Below are positions 37,392 through 46,879 of a stretch of 64,000 nt of DNA, piece after piece (position 1 is the first letter of the stretch; every line of letters begins with the position of its first letter). The notes below the pieces were generated by a model. That model saw only the letters and a list, made by a program, of their open reading frames with translations. It did no database searches and was not told the origin of the DNA. This stretch comes from an uncultured Butyricicoccus sp. (GTDB lineage Bacteria > Bacillota > Clostridia > Oscillospirales > Butyricicoccaceae). The position numbers were made by a program, and so were the translations under genes. The stretch spans positions 6,102 through 70,101 of the forward strand of contig CALWUF010000060.1 in the NCBI GenBank assembly GCA_944384655.1, read 5' to 3'.

Positions 37392-37522
37392 GATTATAAA
37401 CTCCTTTTCAAACAAATATGGATGGATATTGGACAAAATCAACACCAGCACATTCGTCCGTAGGATATATAAAGTTTTTCAACAAAAATACGGTTCATTG
37501 TTCTGTACTCCATTTTCATATT

Positions 37523-37545
37523 ATTCCTATTATTTAACTAGGATT
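37523..37545. promoter_or_regulatory. Palindromic operator upstream of metY-cysK (candidate Rrf2/CymR site)
   Basis: ATTCCTA-TTATTTAAC-TAGGATT (TCCTA-N9-TAGGA). Confidence 0.5.
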
Positions 37546-37856
37546 TTGGCTGCATATAGCTTACCACATTCCCTTTGGGTCTGTCAAGCATAACTTGCAC
37601 AATTCCCTCAACTGAAATACTTGATTTTGTCCCATCAAATATAGAGGCTCGCAAACCGACCGTTTGTGATTCCATCGGCTTTTATTTTTGAAAATACTGT
37701 TTGACTTTCTGTTTGCTGCGTGCTTTAATGATGATGCTATCATTTGTTCTGTCCGTTTACCGTTATGTTTTCGCAGATCATACAGGTTTGGGCTGTGCTG
37801 AAGCAAAAAAATATTGTCAACTTTCCCTTTCAAAAACAAACCAAGAAGGTATGCCT

Positions 37857-38744
37857 ATGTCCCTTAAAAAGTCCCCATATTTCGGATCACTGATGATGTT
37901 GTGCGCAGCATTGCTATTTTCCACCGGCGGTCTGTTGTGCAAATTTATTCCATGGTCACCGTTGGCCATCAACGGTGTACGCAGCTTGTTCAGCACCGTT
38001 GTGTTTGTTATTTATCTCCGTGCAACGCACCATAAGTTAAAAATAAACCGTACAATATGTTTTGGCGCTCTGTGTATGACTGGTGCGACGACGCTGTTTA
38101 TCGTTGCAAATAAAATGACCACTGCTGCCAATGCGATTATTTTACAATACACCGCGCCAGTCTGGATCATCCTGTTTATGGCGCTGTGGTTCCATATCCG
38201 CCCGACAAAACGGGATATTATGACCTGTGTCATTGTCTTTGCAGGAATTTCGTGCTTTTTTCTGGACAGTTTGGGTTCAGGCAATTGGATGGGCAACCTC
38301 ATTGCTGTGTTATCGGGTGTATTTTATGGAATGCTGTTTCTGCTCAACCAATTTCCAGAAGGAGATTCTATCTCTTCCATGGTGTTTGGACAGATCATCT
38401 CCGCCGTTCTGATGACGCCGACAGTCGTACAGGAGAATGTATTTACTCCACAGGTACTAATTGCGGTCTTTTTTCTTGGGTTTTTCCAAGTGGGCATAGC
38501 ATATCTTTGCCTTTCTATCGGAACCAAATATACGCATCCTGTTTCCGCATCGCTGATCACTGGAATTGAACCCATTCTCAACCCGATTTGGGTCGCTATA
38601 TTCTGGGGTGAAACCATTACATCTTTGTCAATGATCGGTGCTGCCATTGTAATCATTGCCGTTCTGGTGTACAATGTGCTCAGCTTATTTGGTGAGCCTC
38701 GTCCATCAGTCAAGGAATCATCAATCCCAACCATTTCACAATAA
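37857..38744 (+). CDS. DMT/EamA family transporter
   Basis: About 10 TM helices in two repeats, YTAP and IEPILNP motifs. Confidence 0.9.
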   Translation: MSLKKSPYFGSLMMLCAALLFSTGGLLCKFIPWSPLAINGVRSLFSTVVFVIYLRATHHKLKINRTICFGALCMTGATTLFIVANKMTTAANAIILQYTAPVWIILFMALWFHIRPTKRDIMTCVIVFAGISCFFLDSLGSGNWMGNLIAVLSGVFYGMLFLLNQFPEGDSISSMVFGQIISAVLMTPTVVQENVFTPQVLIAVFFLGFFQVGIAYLCLSIGTKYTHPVSASLITGIEPILNPIWVAIFWGETITSLSMIGAAIVIIAVLVYNVLSLFGEPRPSVKESSIPTISQ

Positions 38745-38797
38745 TCTGACTGCTTTGCGGCAGACCGTTATTCATATCCAAATCAGGAGGACAACAT

Positions 38798-39781
38798 ATG
38801 AATCTCACCCATCGCCCCAGACGTTTACGTTCCAATATACGCTTGCGCAAAATGGTACGCGAAACACGTGTAGACAAATCGTCGCTTATTTACCCGATGT
38901 TTGTCACCGAAGGAACAAATAGAAAAGATGAAATTCCATCTATGATGGGACAATACCGTTATAGTGTTGACCGCATGGAAGAAAAACTCATCGAATTGGC
39001 AGACGCCGGTGTTGGTGGCGTCATGCTGTTCGGTATCCCAGAACACAAAGACGAAGTCGGAAGTCAGGCCTATGCCGATGACGGCATTGTACAAAGGGCT
39101 TTCCGCAAAGCAAAAGAAACCTGTCCAGAACTATATATGATCGGTGATGTCTGCATGTGTGAATACACCTCGCACGGTCATTGTGGTGTGCTGTGCGGTC
39201 ATGACGTGGACAACGACAAGACGTTGGAATTGCTTGCAAAAACAGCGCTTTCCCAGGTACAGGCAGGTGCAGATATGGTTGCACCCTCTGACATGATGGA
39301 TGGTCGTGTTGAAGCAATCCGTTCGATTCTCGATGAAAATGGTTTTATCAACACACCGATTATGGCATATTCTGCAAAATTTGCCTCTGCGTTTTATGGT
39401 CCATTCCGCGATGCAGCCGATTCCGCTCCAGCTTTTGGGGATCGCAAAACATATCAAATGGACTTTCATAACCGCCGCGAGGCGCTCAAAGAAATCCTGC
39501 TTGATGTGGAAGAAGGCGCGGATATCATCATGATTAAACCTGCTATGGCTTACGGCGATCTGATCCGCGAGGCAAAAGACAATACCTGTCTGCCGATTGC
39601 CGCCTACAGTGTCAGCGGCGAATATTCGATGGTCAAGACAACGGCTGCCGCCGGTTTTCTCGACGAAGCTGCCATTGTCTGCGAAATGGCAACTTGCGCA
39701 TACCGTGCGGGCACAGATATTTATATCACTTACTTCGCTCAGGAACTGGCAAACTATATGGATGAAGGTCGTCTCGGATAA
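38798..39781 (+). CDS. hemB: Porphobilinogen synthase (Zn type)
   Basis: RPRRLR, DVCMCEYTSHGHCG, APSDMMDGRV, YSAKFAS, MIKPA. Confidence 0.96.
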   Translation: MNLTHRPRRLRSNIRLRKMVRETRVDKSSLIYPMFVTEGTNRKDEIPSMMGQYRYSVDRMEEKLIELADAGVGGVMLFGIPEHKDEVGSQAYADDGIVQRAFRKAKETCPELYMIGDVCMCEYTSHGHCGVLCGHDVDNDKTLELLAKTALSQVQAGADMVAPSDMMDGRVEAIRSILDENGFINTPIMAYSAKFASAFYGPFRDAADSAPAFGDRKTYQMDFHNRREALKEILLDVEEGADIIMIKPAMAYGDLIREAKDNTCLPIAAYSVSGEYSMVKTTAAAGFLDEAAIVCEMATCAYRAGTDIYITYFAQELANYMDEGRLG

Positions 39782-39873
39782 ATTTTTCAAAAATAGACAG
39801 AGGTTCAGACTCCCCCATTGAAAGAATCTGAACCTCTGTTTTTTTTTGCAGCTTTTGTTTTTTTCTGATACAG

Positions 39874-40344
39874 TCAGTGTTCAGAACAATTTGCCGCGTC
39901 AATTGCGATAACCAACAACAATCCCAACGTTTCATCTGTGGGATCTGCAAAGTCCAACACATAGGTATCGCCCCAATGCAACAATTCCTTTGAAATATGT
40001 AAAATTACATCCGATCCGGCATATATGTCGTAATCCCAACCGAGAAAATCGCCTTCTACGTGCCAATCATTGCAATCAACCTCATACTTCTGGCGCAGAA
40101 ATGTAAACCTTTTCCGGATGCTGCCGCATTGCACACCACCCATTTCAATCTGGAATTCCGGCAGCAATGTCATCAGCTTTTGCCGAATACATCCAATCTC
40201 ACGACCTTGGATATCATAAACATGAATTTGATGTCCCAATGTGAAAAATTCTGCTTTGACAAAATATTTCTCATTGCCATACTCGTCATAGACGTCATAA
40301 CAATCTGTCCATGAAAAAACGCGCTGTTTGATGAATAAACGCAT
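39874..40344 (-). CDS. LURP-one/scramblase-like family protein
   Basis: MRLFIKQRVFSWTD..GDFLGWDY..WGDTY..LVIAIDA pattern. Confidence 0.8.
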   Translation of the reverse strand: MRLFIKQRVFSWTDCYDVYDEYGNEKYFVKAEFFTLGHQIHVYDIQGREIGCIRQKLMTLLPEFQIEMGGVQCGSIRKRFTFLRQKYEVDCNDWHVEGDFLGWDYDIYAGSDVILHISKELLHWGDTYVLDFADPTDETLGLLLVIAIDAANCSEH

Positions 40345-40374
40345 TCTGCCCCCTCCTTCCCCGTGTTCTACCGG

Positions 40375-41226
40375 TCACACCGACAGATGCATATGTTCTC
40401 CTATGACAATGGCTGCGGAATCTGCCGCATGTCCGATATCACCGGTTTTCGCAATTGGAAGCTGTCCGGCGAACTGTCGTACGAGAGGTTCGATCCGCTG
40501 GTCTTCCCGTTCCATTTGCATAAATGTGCCGAGTAAAATACCATTGACCTGTTCAAAAACGCCCATCTGCTGCATCTGGCTGAGATAAGCGATCATCTGC
40601 GGCTGCATACCGCTCCGGGCTTCAAGCAACAAAATTGCTCCGTGCAAATCAGGAAAATATTTCGTTCCGGCGAGCTTGAGCAGACAACGAATGTTCCCGC
40701 CCACCACAATGCCGGACATCTCATTTCCCTGTACAAATGAATACCGGAAAGAAAACAGGGATTGCATCCGCTCCGGCACAAAATGCCGTATCTGATACAA
40801 TATGCCTGCATTTCCAGTTTGAGAATAAATTGCATTTAATAAAACGGTGAGATCACTGTAGCCCCACAATATTTTGCGTTTTCCCAGATGATTTTTTGCG
40901 GCAGCAATTACGCCAAAATCCAGATACGGCAAAATTTCATTCGCAATATCACCGCCAGATACATCAAAAATTGCATCAATGTCCGGATCACGATACAATG
41001 CCATCAGCGCTTGTGCCCTCTGCGCCGCACTACCGCTGCGCACACCATCTTTGGCATATAACTGTGCACTGCATACGGTCTGAATGCCACAACCTGCAAG
41101 TATACACTGTGTCTGTTCGAGTTCTGCCGCCGCAGATACTGGCAATCCATTGGAACAACAGACCAATCCGATCTTTTGCATTCCTGCAAACGGCGCATGG
41201 CGTCCGCAAATGTTTTGGCTTTTCAT
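40375..41226 (-). CDS. S66 peptidase (LD-carboxypeptidase/MccF-like)
   Basis: SGG, GYSDLT (Ser), LLE (Glu), IGH (His) catalytic triad. Confidence 0.88.
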   Translation of the reverse strand: MKSQNICGRHAPFAGMQKIGLVCCSNGLPVSAAAELEQTQCILAGCGIQTVCSAQLYAKDGVRSGSAAQRAQALMALYRDPDIDAIFDVSGGDIANEILPYLDFGVIAAAKNHLGKRKILWGYSDLTVLLNAIYSQTGNAGILYQIRHFVPERMQSLFSFRYSFVQGNEMSGIVVGGNIRCLLKLAGTKYFPDLHGAILLLEARSGMQPQMIAYLSQMQQMGVFEQVNGILLGTFMQMEREDQRIEPLVRQFAGQLPIAKTGDIGHAADSAAIVIGEHMHLSV

Positions 41227-41298
41227 GCGCATCGCCTCCTGTTCGCCTTTATTATAACACAGACGTGCAGCATTGTCTTGTTTATCGCTCCGTTGCTG

Positions 41299-42678
41299 TC
41301 ATCGCATAAACATACGGACGAGCTTTTCCTGCAACGGTGTATACGGCTGATAGCGCATGGGCAGGTCCAACCATGTTTTTTTGTCTACGATACTCTTGTG
41401 GTGGGAAAATGCATCAAAACCCGTTTTTCCGTGATACGCGCCCATACCGCTTGCACCCACGCCGCCAAAGCCCATGTTCGTCGTTGCAAGATGGATAATG
41501 GTGTCATTCACACAGCCGCCTCCAAATGCACAGATCTGTGTGACATTGCGCACTGTTTTTTTGTCCTCTGTAAACAGATAAAATGCAAGTGGATGTGGAC
41601 GTGCATTGATGTTGTCCAAGGCATCTTTCAGCCGGTCATAGGTCAATATTGGCAGCACAGGACCGAAAATTTCTTCCTGCATGGCAGGGTCATCCCAATT
41701 TGCCGGACATAAGACCGTCGGTTCAATGCGCAGGGAAGATCTTTCGGTTCGACCGCCATGCACAATGTTTTCGGGAGAAATCAATCGGCTGATCCGGTCA
41801 AAATGTTTTTCATTGATAATTTTTCCATATGCCTCGTTGGCAAGTGGATCTGCGCCGAATTGCCGCCGAATCTCGCGCCGGATCGCAAATATCAGTTCAT
41901 CTCGAATCGCTGCGTCACAATAGATATAATCCGGCGCAACACACGTCTGTCCGCAATTGAGAAATTTCCCAAACACAATGCGGCGCGCAGCCAGATTGAT
42001 TTTTGCCGTCTTATCCACCACACAAGGGCTTTTTCCCCCCAGTTCCAGCGTGACAGGGGTCAAATACTCTGCCGCATGGCGCATAACTTCCCGCCCGACT
42101 GACTGGCTGCCTGTAAAAAAGATATAATCAAACTGCTGATTTAACAAACTTTCATTTTCTTCCCGTCCACCGGTGACTACGGTAACATATTCAGGTGAAA
42201 AACACTCCGCAATGATTTCACGCAACACTTCACTGGTATGTGGGGAATACGCACTCGGTTTGACAACTGCTGTATTGCCCGCCGCAAGCGCATCAACCAA
42301 TGGATCGAGCGTCAGCATAAACGGATAATTCCAAGGGCTCATAATCAGCGCGACACCATAGGGTGACGGCTTGATATAGCTGCGCGATGCATACTGTACC
42401 AAGGGTGTACGCACACGCCGTTCGCGCACATACTGCCTGACATGTCGGCTCATATATGTCAGCTCACTATATACCATGCCGATTTCGCACATATAACTCT
42501 CCATCCGGCTTTTGCCCAGATCGGCATACAATGCCTGTTCGATTTCAGCTTCATGCCGTATCATCGCATCCTTTAGCCGGTTGAGCGCGGCAATGCGGCG
42601 CTCAACCGGCAATGTTTTTCCACTTGTGAAGTACGCCCGCTGCGCCGACACAATTTTTTCAATTTCTTCCGGCTTCAT
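41299..42678 (-). CDS. NAD(P)+-dependent aldehyde dehydrogenase (class 3-like)
   Basis: SPWNYP, FTGS, TLELGGKSP, GQTCVAPDY, EEIFGP. Confidence 0.93.
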   Translation of the reverse strand: MKPEEIEKIVSAQRAYFTSGKTLPVERRIAALNRLKDAMIRHEAEIEQALYADLGKSRMESYMCEIGMVYSELTYMSRHVRQYVRERRVRTPLVQYASRSYIKPSPYGVALIMSPWNYPFMLTLDPLVDALAAGNTAVVKPSAYSPHTSEVLREIIAECFSPEYVTVVTGGREENESLLNQQFDYIFFTGSQSVGREVMRHAAEYLTPVTLELGGKSPCVVDKTAKINLAARRIVFGKFLNCGQTCVAPDYIYCDAAIRDELIFAIRREIRRQFGADPLANEAYGKIINEKHFDRISRLISPENIVHGGRTERSSLRIEPTVLCPANWDDPAMQEEIFGPVLPILTYDRLKDALDNINARPHPLAFYLFTEDKKTVRNVTQICAFGGGCVNDTIIHLATTNMGFGGVGASGMGAYHGKTGFDAFSHHKSIVDKKTWLDLPMRYQPYTPLQEKLVRMFMR

Positions 42679-43034
42679 ATATATCCTCCATGCCAAGAAT
42701 CCTAAATGATTTCTGATATCTCTGAGCAAGCCCATGTGGAACAGTATACCGCATACGGGGCAAATGTGCAATCGCATGCACATAGCCGACAGTAAACTCA
42801 GATCGAAAAAGCAATTTTTCATCTGTTTGGGAATCGCAATGGATCGAATTATTTCAAATTCTTGCTTTATTTTATTTTTTTCACAAATGTCTTTTATTTG
42901 TATAAAATAAATTTGTATTTTTCTATATTTTACCCAAAAATATTCTTATTTACTCAAAAAAATTTTCGCAGGATATTGTAAGACAACATACCAGTCTCGT
43001 ATTACAATAGGAATAGAGGAAGGAGAGATGCTAT

Positions 43035-43898
43035 ATGAGTTCGATAAACCCACTGTCTTCGCATCTGCGCGACAGCCGTATCCCGCAATATTGCATCAGC
43101 CACTTCATCAATGAAGAACACAATAACAAGCATTCCAGATTGCCTCATATTCACGAAGATTTTCTGGAACTGTTTTATGTCTACAATGGTAAAGGGCGTT
43201 ATATGGTAGATAACCAGTCGTATGATATCCAGGAAGGCGATATCATCATCTGTAACGCAGGCATCCTGCACGGTGAAAGTCCAACAGATACACGACATGT
43301 CCGTTCGTACAGTGTAGGCGTTTCCAATGTTGCATTTCTCGGTCTGCCAGATAACTGGCTGTGTGATGAGGACACCACACCGGTCATTTCCAGCGGAATG
43401 CTGTCAGAGCATATCGGTTCAATTTTTCGGTTGATCTATCTGCTCTCCTGTGATCAGAAAAATCTAAAAGAAACCTGTACCAGCTTGTCGCAATCGTTGC
43501 TTCTCCTGGTTTATCAAATGCTACTTAGCCGCAGTCGCACCGTGTCCATACAAACGCGCACAACTGCTTCCGCTACGGCAGATCGCATCCGTCGCTATCT
43601 GAACGCCCATTACCGCGAACCAATCACCTTAGCCTCTGTCGCAAAAACGTTACACATCAATGAATACTATCTTGCACATGTGTTCAAAGATGAATTTGGT
43701 GTACCTCCCATGCAATATGTTATGAAAAGGCGCATCGGTGAAGCGCAGGGATTGCTGATGGACACCTCTGTTCCCATCGGCGATATTGCCGACCATCTGG
43801 GCTTCAGCAGTGTCTGCCATCTAAATACCATGTTTAACAAATATGTCGGCATCCCGCCAGGGAAATACCGGCAGTCAATGCGAGAAATGAAAGAATAA
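43035..43898 (+). CDS. AraC family transcriptional regulator
   Basis: N-terminal cupin (HIHEDFLE), C-terminal double HTH (YLAHVFK..IADHLGFSS..F). Confidence 0.93.
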   Translation: MSSINPLSSHLRDSRIPQYCISHFINEEHNNKHSRLPHIHEDFLELFYVYNGKGRYMVDNQSYDIQEGDIIICNAGILHGESPTDTRHVRSYSVGVSNVAFLGLPDNWLCDEDTTPVISSGMLSEHIGSIFRLIYLLSCDQKNLKETCTSLSQSLLLLVYQMLLSRSRTVSIQTRTTASATADRIRRYLNAHYREPITLASVAKTLHINEYYLAHVFKDEFGVPPMQYVMKRRIGEAQGLLMDTSVPIGDIADHLGFSSVCHLNTMFNKYVGIPPGKYRQSMREMKE

Positions 43899-43904
43899 GG
43901 CAAA

Positions 43905-43930
43905 AGGACCGCAGGATATCCTGCGGTCCT
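43905..43930. terminator. Hairpin between convergent araC and transketolase genes
   Basis: AGGACCGCAGG-ATAT-CCTGCGGTCCT. Confidence 0.8.
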
Positions 43931-43944
43931 CACTTTTGGGGATA

Positions 43945-44913
43945 TTAATGTTTACGTGCAATTGCCTTTTCAGCAGCCGCAACGATATCTGCTGCCAGCA
44001 GATGATACTGTTCCATCAGGAAGTCCTGTGGACCTACCTGACCGAACTGGTTCTGAATGCCAATGCGTTCCTGCGGAACAAGGCATTTTTCAGTCAGCAC
44101 ATTCGCAACTGCCGAACCGAGACCACACGAAACCTGATGGTTTTCTGCGGTGACGATGGCGCCTGTCTCGCAGGCTGCCTTGAGAATCAGCTCCTCATCC
44201 AGCGGCTTCCACGTATGCATATCGATGACACGTGCAGAAATACCCTTGGCTGCCAACTGCTCCTCTGCCTTGAGCGCTTCATCTACGAGGATACCGGATG
44301 CAACGATGGTAACATCCGTACCGTCGCGCAGAGTAACGCCCTTGCCGATCTCAAATTCAGAACCGTCTGCATAAACCGTAGTGAATCCTTTGCGGATCAG
44401 GCGCATATACGACAAACCGGGCTGCTTTGCCAATTGCTTGGTCAAGGCATAGGTCTGCGCATAATCACACGAATCAATCACAATGGCATTCGGTACAGTC
44501 ATATACAACGCACAATCTTCAAACGGCATATGAGTTGCGCCGTTAAATGCTGCGGTAACGCCAGGATCAGAACCGATGACATGCACTGGGAGTTGAGAAT
44601 ATCCGGCAGACAAAAACGCCTGGTCAAACGCACGGCGAGATGCAAAGCAACCGAACGAATGAATAAATGCTTTCAGTCCAGTTGCCGCCATACCTGCAGC
44701 CACGCCCATGGCGTTCTGCTCGGCAATACCTGCATTAAATGTCTGCTCCGGGAATGCTTTCAGCAATTTGCCCGTATTGATGCAGCCCATCAAGTCACAA
44801 TCGATGTGAACAATACTCTTATCCTGTTCCATCAGTTCCAGCATTGCAGAGACATAACCGTCACGATTCGCACGGCTGTCCTTCTCATGCTTTCCAATCA
44901 ACGTATAGCTCAT
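43945..44913 (-). CDS. Transketolase, C-terminal (pyrimidine-binding) subunit
   Basis: NAGIAEQ, NGATHMPFED, VIDMHTWKPLD, TAENH. Confidence 0.92.
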   Translation of the reverse strand: MSYTLIGKHEKDSRANRDGYVSAMLELMEQDKSIVHIDCDLMGCINTGKLLKAFPEQTFNAGIAEQNAMGVAAGMAATGLKAFIHSFGCFASRRAFDQAFLSAGYSQLPVHVIGSDPGVTAAFNGATHMPFEDCALYMTVPNAIVIDSCDYAQTYALTKQLAKQPGLSYMRLIRKGFTTVYADGSEFEIGKGVTLRDGTDVTIVASGILVDEALKAEEQLAAKGISARVIDMHTWKPLDEELILKAACETGAIVTAENHQVSCGLGSAVANVLTEKCLVPQERIGIQNQFGQVGPQDFLMEQYHLLAADIVAAAEKAIARKH

Positions 44914-44926
44914 GGATACTCCCCCC

Positions 44927-45781
44927 TTACTTCTGCGCACGGATGGCTGCAAGCGCTGCCTCAGATGCTGCAATGGCCTCATCCCACTGTTCTTGCGTCG
45001 GCTGGGAAGAGTGTGCGCCAGACGGCTCTGCGAAGGTTGCGCCCTTGCCCTTGGTGGTATTCAGAATCAGGCAGGTCGGCTGACCTTTGACCTGATATGC
45101 AGCTTGAATGGCGTCATAAATCTGTTCCACATCGTTGCCATCTTCGATGTTGATGACATTCCAGCCAAATGCGTCAAATTTGGCACCAATACCTTTGCCA
45201 TGACCCATGACGTCAGCAACTGCACCGTCCAACTGGCGTTTGTTGTCATCCACCAGGCAGATCAGGTTGTCCAGCTTATAATGTGCCGCAAACTGTGCCG
45301 CTTCCCAAATCTGACCTTCATCGCATTCGCCGTCACCAACTGCAACAAAAACATGATTGTTTCTGCCCTGTGTTTTGTTTCCGAGCGCTGCGCCAACGGC
45401 TTCGCTCATGCCCTGACCCAGAGAACCAGTCGTCAGATCTACACCGATTGTTTTCATACGGTCTGTATGAGACGGAAAATCTGTGCCAGGCTGGTTGAGT
45501 GTATACGCACGTTCCATCGGGTAATAGCCTTTGAGACCAAGCGTCGCATACATAACCGGACCGCCGTGACCTTTAGACAAAACAAACCAATCGCGATCTT
45601 CCCAACGCGGATTTTTGGGATCAACGTTCATGATTTCACCATATAAAACTGCCATGGCATCTGCCATCGACATAGAACCGCCGACATGCCCAAATCCGCG
45701 CGAAGCGATAACTTTGAGCGTTTCCAGACGGATTTCCGCAGCAAAAACACGCAGCTGCTGCATCTTCTGCTTTTTATCCAT
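44927..45781 (-). CDS. Transketolase, N-terminal (ThDP-binding) subunit
   Basis: GHVGGS, DWFVLSKGH, GSLGQG, GDGECDEG..WEA, DDN. Confidence 0.93.
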   Translation of the reverse strand: MDKKQKMQQLRVFAAEIRLETLKVIASRGFGHVGGSMSMADAMAVLYGEIMNVDPKNPRWEDRDWFVLSKGHGGPVMYATLGLKGYYPMERAYTLNQPGTDFPSHTDRMKTIGVDLTTGSLGQGMSEAVGAALGNKTQGRNNHVFVAVGDGECDEGQIWEAAQFAAHYKLDNLICLVDDNKRQLDGAVADVMGHGKGIGAKFDAFGWNVINIEDGNDVEQIYDAIQAAYQVKGQPTCLILNTTKGKGATFAEPSGAHSSQPTQEQWDEAIAASEAALAAIRAQK

Positions 45782-45850
45782 GCTTACCTCCTGTTTTGAC
45801 AAAATGAAAACCCGTCCAAATGCCACGTGCACAGGACGGGCTTCTCCGCT

Positions 45851-46858
45851 TTATTCATCCAGTTGAGTTTCGTATGCTTTGAGAATCATCTCTGCCAGCT
45901 TGACAGCGCCAGTACAGTCCCCTGCTGTTGCACTAACCGACTGTTTCCCGGCCTGCACTTCATTGACAAATTGCTGCATCTCTTGATAATACGCCTCACC
46001 CCAACGGTCAAGATAATGATCGATACATTCATGCACTTCACCGCCATGCGTGAACTGTGTCACGCGGGCACGGCGCGGGGATTCACAAATACGCAATGTT
46101 CCCTTCGTGCCGATGACCTCACTTTCCACATGTGAACCATGTGGCGCAGTGCGTCCACAGTAGAAAAAGGCCGCAGCGTTGTTGTCAAACCGGACGAGAG
46201 AAAAGCCATTGTCCACGTCATGATTATTCGCAAACTGTTCAAATACATATGCACCGCCACAGGCATACGCCTTTTTCGGCTCTGCACCGAGCAGCCACCG
46301 TGCAAGGTCATAATCATGGACACCCATGTCGAGGAACCACTTGCCATTCGCCTCTGCGCGCGCGACTTGAGCCTCGCCCTGCCAGACCGGGTCAAGACTG
46401 TATCCACGGAAGAAAATTGGTGTGCCAATCTCCCCCGCGTCAATGCGGCGCTTTGCATCGGCATAGGATGCGTCAAACCGGCGCATAAATCCCACAGCAA
46501 ATACATTTCCTCCCTCAGCCGCCAGACGTTCAATTTCAGCACATTCTGCGGCATTCATGCCAGTTGGCTTTTCGATGAACACATGCAGACCTTTCTCCAC
46601 CGCAAGGCGCACATGTTCCAAATGTACATTGGTCGGCGAAATAATCGCAACGGCGTCCAATTTTGCTTTTTTCAGCATCTCCGCGTAATCGGTATATACC
46701 TCAGGCGTTTCCCACTCGCGGCGTACTTCATCCAACTTTTCCCGTGTCCGAGTGCAGACTGCCGCCAGCTCGGCGTTTGGAATGCGAAACATCAAATTCT
46801 CTGCATGTACCCTGCCGAGCGGACCCAGACCGACCAAACCAACGCGAACCTTTTTCAT
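45851..46858 (-). CDS. iolG: Gfo/Idh/MocA oxidoreductase, probable inositol 2-dehydrogenase
   Basis: GLGPLG, EKP, VGFMRRFD, DMGVHDYD. Lies in the same strand cluster as iolD/iolB. Confidence 0.75.
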   Translation of the reverse strand: MKKVRVGLVGLGPLGRVHAENLMFRIPNAELAAVCTRTREKLDEVRREWETPEVYTDYAEMLKKAKLDAVAIISPTNVHLEHVRLAVEKGLHVFIEKPTGMNAAECAEIERLAAEGGNVFAVGFMRRFDASYADAKRRIDAGEIGTPIFFRGYSLDPVWQGEAQVARAEANGKWFLDMGVHDYDLARWLLGAEPKKAYACGGAYVFEQFANNHDVDNGFSLVRFDNNAAAFFYCGRTAPHGSHVESEVIGTKGTLRICESPRRARVTQFTHGGEVHECIDHYLDRWGEAYYQEMQQFVNEVQAGKQSVSATAGDCTGAVKLAEMILKAYETQLDE

Positions 46859-46879
46859 ACCATATTCCCTCTCTGCGGA

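Noticed and set aside
37392-37856. SAM-I riboswitch or T-box upstream of metY
   Set aside because: The conserved cores (AUC..GAGGGA..GCAACC; T-box AAGGTGGTACC-like) were not found on either strand.
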